DNA from: a virus
DNA: 32,828 nt
Virus genome (UHGV): UHGV-0144137
Strand: one strand, 5' to 3'
Shown here: positions 28,624-32,828 of the stretch, in pieces
Layout: every line of letters begins with the position of its first letter
Numbering within the stretch: the stretch's first letter is position 1
Made by a program: the position numbers and the translations under genes
Notes under the pieces: generated by a model
Databases searched by the model: none
What the model saw: only the letters and a program-made list of their open reading frames with translations
What the model was told of the DNA's origin: nothing

Positions 28624-29112
28624 TCAGAAAACATACTTTTTAAATACCAGCATCCATCGCTTGCAAAGTTCGTGATTTGAGGTGCTTAAATTTTTCAGGG
28701 GAACATTAACTTTCCACATGGGATTTTTAATATCATCGGTTAAAATATTTAGGCCAGACCGTTTATTCGCTGAAAGTTGTTCTCTACAGTTAGCAATAGC
28801 CGCATTATTCATACCTCGTAATGTTCCATTGCCATAAAACTTACCCCCCTCTGAAAGCGTATAATTTATTTCTCGAATTTGATCAAAAGTATATGTGCTG
28901 TCTTTATCTTTATTGAAAATACGGACAGTATGTTTTTGAGTATCAATAACAATACCTGTCTGTTGGCATTCATACGAAAGAATGTCGCCGTCCAGAACTT
29001 CCGTAAAGCTGTTGTAGTGCTTTTTCTTTTGTATATCTACTGCTGTCATGATGATGATGAAGAGCACCACTAAAAATACGATACCTACTGCTTCCAATCT
29101 TACTTCCTCCAT
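28624..29112 (-). CDS. hypothetical membrane-anchored protein
   Basis: 162 aa; N-terminal TM helix (AVGIVFLVVLFIIIMTAV) then soluble domain; AT-rich; divergent from the lipoprotein operon across the GATC-rich region. Confidence 0.55.
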   Translation of the reverse strand: MEEVRLEAVGIVFLVVLFIIIMTAVDIQKKKHYNSFTEVLDGDILSYECQQTGIVIDTQKHTVRIFNKDKDSTYTFDQIREINYTLSEGGKFYGNGTLRGMNNAAIANCREQLSANKRSGLNILTDDIKNPMWKVNVPLKNLSTSNHELCKRWMLVFKKYVF

Positions 29113-29224
29113 GTAAATGAGTTAAAGAGACTGAACCTGCTCACAGAGCTTTGCTACGTTTTATACGTCCTACAGCACCAAGCTCATGGCGTCGGTCTCG
29201 GCGTTGCAAGGCTATCAGAACTTG

Positions 29225-29375
29225 AAATCATGATCGATATAAAAGATCGATAATTAATTATTGATAGGCTTTAACGATTAAAACAATGATATTGATCGAT
29301 TATTAATTGTTTTTATCGATCGAATATTTATTTATGATAGCTATTGGCTATCATAAGGTTGTTTTTGATCGTTTT
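29225..29375. promoter_or_regulatory. Divergent intergenic control region with clustered GATCGAT repeats and a 10 bp inverted repeat
   Basis: GATC at 29232, 29245, 29294, 29318 and 29367; the 7-mer GATCGAT occurs three times direct and once inverted; imperfect 22 bp direct repeat GATCGATwATTAATTrTT (29245-29266 and 29294-29315); inverted repeat TTATGATAGC-N5-GCTATCATAA at 29332-29356. Confidence 0.5.
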
Positions 29376-29529
29376 AAACGATATGACGAGACGCTAAAAG
29401 AATTGAATCCTATCAATTGGTTAAGCGGTGGTTTTGCCATGTGATATCAGCCGGATCCCGCAACAACTCTAGCCCTGACCAGATTTGGTCAAAAATTTAG
29501 GCACTTTGATTATCAGGATGGATAAGCAG

Positions 29530-30060
29530 ATGAAGAAGATTTTACTCGTTGCTGGCGCAGCTCTGGCACTGGCGGGATGTGGTGAGAAAGGTGATTTTGA
29601 GAAGGCGATCAATGCCAAGATAGGGCAGGACAAATATTGCTTCTCGCTGGATAACAATAACACCAGCTTCCCCATCCGTCTTGCCAAGCCACGACTTGAT
29701 TCGACTGGTACAGGGACGAATTCAGTGATCCTCGATGGATTTGTAGAGCAGGGAATGATGGTCTTTGAGCAGGGCTATGATTCGAACGTATTAGGGATAA
29801 CAGAGGAAGGCAAAAAAGCCAAAGTCTGGAGCACAACAGATGGTGCCTGTGTTGGTCGTCGTGCTGTTGACGGGATTAAGGAATGGACTGAGCCGGGAAA
29901 CGGTAATCAGAAAGTAGTTCGCGTGACTTATACGTGGAAGCTGGTTGACGTTCCGGGCTGGATTGACAAAAAAGCATTCGCCAGCGTTAAAGGAATGAAT
30001 GAACCTGCTGATGGTGCCATGAATCTCTTTAAGACCAGCAATGGCTGGAAAGCCAATTAA
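29530..30060 (+). CDS. Predicted lipoprotein
   Basis: Track ORF 29485..30060 trimmed to ATG 29530 (MKKILLVAGAALALAGCGEKG...): signal peptide with lipobox LAGC. Confidence 0.7.
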   Translation: MKKILLVAGAALALAGCGEKGDFEKAINAKIGQDKYCFSLDNNNTSFPIRLAKPRLDSTGTGTNSVILDGFVEQGMMVFEQGYDSNVLGITEEGKKAKVWSTTDGACVGRRAVDGIKEWTEPGNGNQKVVRVTYTWKLVDVPGWIDKKAFASVKGMNEPADGAMNLFKTSNGWKAN

Positions 30061-30070
30061 GGAAACCAAT

Positions 30071-30346
30071 ATGGAAAACAATACCATCAAATGCCCGTTC
30101 TGTTTCAAAGAGAGCCAGCGTGGGGTTCACGTTTGCACAGGTTGCTTAGCGACTGTGTTATATGGCACTTATCCCGGCTGGTATGCTGCTGTTGTTTTGT
30201 TGTTGACTTTTGGTTTATCGACGTTGATCGGTATGTCAACAGGTATGGCAGGAGCTACTATCAGTCTACCAATAATTGCGGTTGTTGGGTTTATAGCTGG
30301 TAAGGCGATATTCTCTGATAATGTTGTGTTTAGGCGAAAGATATAA
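30071..30346 (+). CDS. small membrane protein with N-terminal zinc-ribbon (CPFC...CTGC)
   Basis: Track ORF 30041..30346 trimmed to ATG 30071 (AAGGAAACC Shine-Dalgarno); CxxC-x15-CxxC then two hydrophobic helices; 10 nt downstream of the lipoprotein gene. Confidence 0.6.
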   Translation: MENNTIKCPFCFKESQRGVHVCTGCLATVLYGTYPGWYAAVVLLLTFGLSTLIGMSTGMAGATISLPIIAVVGFIAGKAIFSDNVVFRRKI

Positions 30347-30405
30347 AAAACGAAAAGAATTATATGATGGGCGACCTTTCATAGTTCGCCCATATATAAA
30401 TATAA

Positions 30406-31242
30406 CTAAAGACCATTTCTCGCTGATTTTATATCCAATAAGTTTATTTTATCTATCTTATCTTTGTGGATAACGATAGTAAGCTTTGCCGGAAATTTAA
30501 ACCTCATTTCACTTATTCTAAAAGTCCACAACATTATTTTAAGTAAATCCTCATCGCTAATATTTTTATGTTCCTTTATTCTAGTGATTCCAGATCCAAA
30601 GATAGGAACAGAGACACTTTTTTGAGCATATATACGATTAACTTTGTCCCAAAAATTTATTAAAAATGCTAGATAATCCGGCATTGTAAGAAAAGCTCTA
30701 TTTTTGTCGTCAAATTTTGAAAACGCAGTTAATAGATAATCATTATTAACGAAGATAGTTCCTAGCGAATATTTTTGTGTTTTACCCACTTTTCTTTTAT
30801 GGTTGACCTCAAGCAGTTCATCTTCTTCAAACTGATGATTTGAAATACGATGGTCCAAATCAGATACGGATCCCGCTAAATAGTTATCAATATATAATCC
30901 ATTAAGTGAATTATGAGAAATGATAACATCATCAACTTGCGTGTCAAAATATTCATTAAAAGCAATGACCTTGAATCCATCTTGTCTGAATAAATCGCCT
31001 GCTTTTACAGTAACAATGCTGCCCTCAACATCTAAATTAATTTCCGAAAGATTATTTGATTTAAACCATATGCCGAAATACAGTAAGAATAAAATAATTA
31101 AAAATATAATACCAAGTGTTAGTTTGTTTTCTGTTGGAATGTCTACAAAAATCAAAAAAAGTGAAAATATGGTACTAATAGTTGATGTGTAGTCTGAAAA
31201 TTTTTTAAGTATACGCTTATCGAAAAAATTAACTTTCGCCAT
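30406..31242 (-). CDS. Two-TM membrane protein with C-terminal Macro-like domain (ThsA type II-like effector candidate)
   Basis: 278 aa; two N-terminal hydrophobic helices (TISTIFSLFLIFV, LGIIFLIILFLLYFGIWF); downstream motifs DDVIISHNSLNG and SVPIFGSGITR resemble Macro-domain ADP-ribose-binding motifs (by eye); about 30% GC. Confidence 0.55.
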   Translation of the reverse strand: MAKVNFFDKRILKKFSDYTSTISTIFSLFLIFVDIPTENKLTLGIIFLIILFLLYFGIWFKSNNLSEINLDVEGSIVTVKAGDLFRQDGFKVIAFNEYFDTQVDDVIISHNSLNGLYIDNYLAGSVSDLDHRISNHQFEEDELLEVNHKRKVGKTQKYSLGTIFVNNDYLLTAFSKFDDKNRAFLTMPDYLAFLINFWDKVNRIYAQKSVSVPIFGSGITRIKEHKNISDEDLLKIMLWTFRISEMRFKFPAKLTIVIHKDKIDKINLLDIKSARNGL

Positions 31243-31378
31243 TTTTGTACCAACCTTGTTAATTATATGTAATTCAAGTGTGTTGATAGTAGTTTCTTAT
31301 AAATGATGTTTACACTATCTGATATATAAGGTATTTTCAACATGTTGATACTAATGTTGACTGCTTCATGGGGACTAT

Positions 31379-31888
31379 ATGAGTTATCGTAATAAGACAT
31401 ATGTGGCTTTTGCAAGTGAAGATATAAAGTTTTATCGTCTTATGGAGGCATGGAAAGCAAATGAAAAAATAGACTTTAACTTTTTTGATGCTCATGATCT
31501 CTTTATTTCAAGGGATACAAGTAAACCTGAAACCATAAAGCGAAACCTCCGCGAAAGGATGAAAAATGCTAAACAAGTAGTACTGTTGGGAAGCGGTAAT
31601 ACTAAGAGAAAAGGTAGCGATGGAGTATCGTTTCTTGCCCATGAAATAGATCTTATCGTAGAATTTAATCTTCCTGTTGTAATAGCTAATTTAGACGGAG
31701 ATAGAACAGTCGATAAGAACTTCATTCCTAAACCACTTTTAGATTCAGAACATTATACAGTATCTGTCTCTTTCCAACCTAAAATTATTAAATATGCATT
31801 AGATAATTACTGTGTTAACTATTACTCAAGTTCAAATAGTGGTAGTTATCTATACCCTACATCTGTTTATACTAAGCTAGGTCTGTAA
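31379..31888 (+). CDS. TIR-like (DUF1863 / ThsB-like) protein candidate
   Basis: 169 aa; N-terminus KTYVAFASEDIKFYRLMEAW and later VVLLGSGNT...AHEIDL fit the pattern of TIR-like ThsB proteins as I recall it; divergent from the TM-Macro gene. Confidence 0.5.
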   Translation: MSYRNKTYVAFASEDIKFYRLMEAWKANEKIDFNFFDAHDLFISRDTSKPETIKRNLRERMKNAKQVVLLGSGNTKRKGSDGVSFLAHEIDLIVEFNLPVVIANLDGDRTVDKNFIPKPLLDSEHYTVSVSFQPKIIKYALDNYCVNYYSSSNSGSYLYPTSVYTKLGL

Positions 31889-31914
31889 TATTTCAACGTA
31901 TACTAAACAATATG

Positions 31915-31941
31915 TGGAATGAGCACGGAACACTCATTCCA
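31915..31941. terminator. Hairpin between convergent genes
   Basis: 9 bp stem TGGAATGAG / CTCATTCCA with 9 nt loop, in an AT-rich intergenic region. Confidence 0.4.
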
Positions 31942-32019
31942 TAACAAACATACTATTTAGATGTGCTAATACAATTAATTTTATGCATCGAAGATATTAA
32001 GCACTTATGATTTATTGCT

Positions 32020-32828
32020 TTATCTTCTCCTGTATGCTATTTCAGCCAACTCTCTTGCTATTTCCTTAACGCTATATAAAGAAGTTTGCAGTGCCATTTT
32101 ATCCGCCAAATAATGGCTGTATTTAGATACCTCTTGAGCATTGATATTATGCCAGATTGGCAATATAATCTTATTATCATCATACACTGCACGATTAATT
32201 AAACTATCTAATTCGTATTGTGTCCATTTCTTGTTTAGAAAGTTATGAGAAAGTATGACTATGCCATAATTTGCTTTTCTTAGGCCTAAATCAATATTTC
32301 TCCTTAAGCTATCGCCGACTTCAAGTGTCTGTTCATCATACCAAATAATTACACCAAGTCTATTTAACTCGTCTACCAGTGGTCTGACAAAAGTATCTTT
32401 ATCCTCTTTTGCATGGGATATGAAAAAATCATAGTGCGTATTATTGTTATCTTGCATGACGTCATTCTGTATTTCATATGGTTGATGAAAAATTGCTTGT
32501 AATTTTGCCCAGTCTATTTCTGCTAAAGATTTATTATTGCGATAAAATAGTTTTTGGGAAGGGAAATCAATATTCGAAATGTAAATAATAAATATATTAT
32601 TTATTTTCTTTGCCTCAACCTCCTTCCACTCCCATCTATAATCGTGGATATAAGAAATTGATGCTTGAAAATAATCATTGGAAGTTAAATTACCTGCGCG
32701 AAATGTCGCATTACTAATATTAAACGCGAGATATGAGTTACCTTCTCCGTTGAAAATAATATTATATCCCTCTTTCAATAGATATGAACGAATCTCTTTG
32801 GTTTTTAGGTGCTGTTTCCATGCGAGGA
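32020..32828 (-). CDS. TIR-domain protein (N-terminus beyond window edge)
   Basis: Canonical TIR motifs YDFFISHAKEDKDTFVRPLVDEL...WYDE...IVILSHNFLNKKWTQYEL in the C-terminal half; the reading frame stays open upstream of the TTG at 32778 to the end of the window, so the gene is probably truncated by the window. Confidence 0.75.
   Translation of the reverse strand, partial: LAWKQHLKTKEIRSYLLKEGYNIIFNGEGNSYLAFNISNATFRAGNLTSNDYFQASISYIHDYRWEWKEVEAKKINNIFIIYISNIDFPSQKLFYRNNKSLAEIDWAKLQAIFHQPYEIQNDVMQDNNNTHYDFFISHAKEDKDTFVRPLVDELNRLGVIIWYDEQTLEVGDSLRRNIDLGLRKANYGIVILSHNFLNKKWTQYELDSLINRAVYDDNKIILPIWHNINAQEVSKYSHYLADKMALQTSLYSVKEIARELAEIAYRRR

Noticed and set aside
29225-29375. CRISPR array
   Set aside because: The repeats are only 7-22 bp, irregularly spaced and in mixed orientation; no cas genes nearby. 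They look regulatory rather than CRISPR.
25946-32828. Integrase, excisionase or a clear att core marking the prophage end
   Set aside because: No tyrosine or serine recombinase-like ORF and no tRNA-like sequence were recognised here; the boundary remains an inference from the composition shift.

Overview
This window is a mosaic lambdoid / P22-like (Sf6-type packaging) prophage segment followed by an AT-rich accessory region. All calls rest on reading the translated ORFs and the DNA directly; family assignments are from recalled motifs, and no database search, HMM or tRNA scan was run. Gene order on the + strand: nin region (NinB 3' end, NinC, NinF, YbcO-like, RusA, NinH-like), antiterminator Q, lambda-type pR'/6S/tR' leader, two tRNA-like genes, lysis cassette (pinholin-like, SAR endolysin, embedded Rz/Rz1), Rha, small and large terminase, portal, scaffold, coat, gp4-like, gp10-like, an inserted HNH endonuclease, tail needle, three ejection proteins, a divergent moron pair, an immI-like module (mnt, arc-like, ant) and a tailspike. 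After the tailspike (about 25.9 kb) the sequence becomes AT-rich and holds candidate accessory or defence genes. The strongest candidate is a Thoeris-like cluster at the right edge (2-TM plus Macro-like effector, TIR-like protein, canonical TIR protein running off the window). Others are a two-gene operon ending in a ComEA-type helix-hairpin-helix protein, and a divergent control region with four GATCGAT repeats between two membrane/lipoprotein operons. No integrase, attachment site, CRISPR array, rRNA or IS element was recognised.
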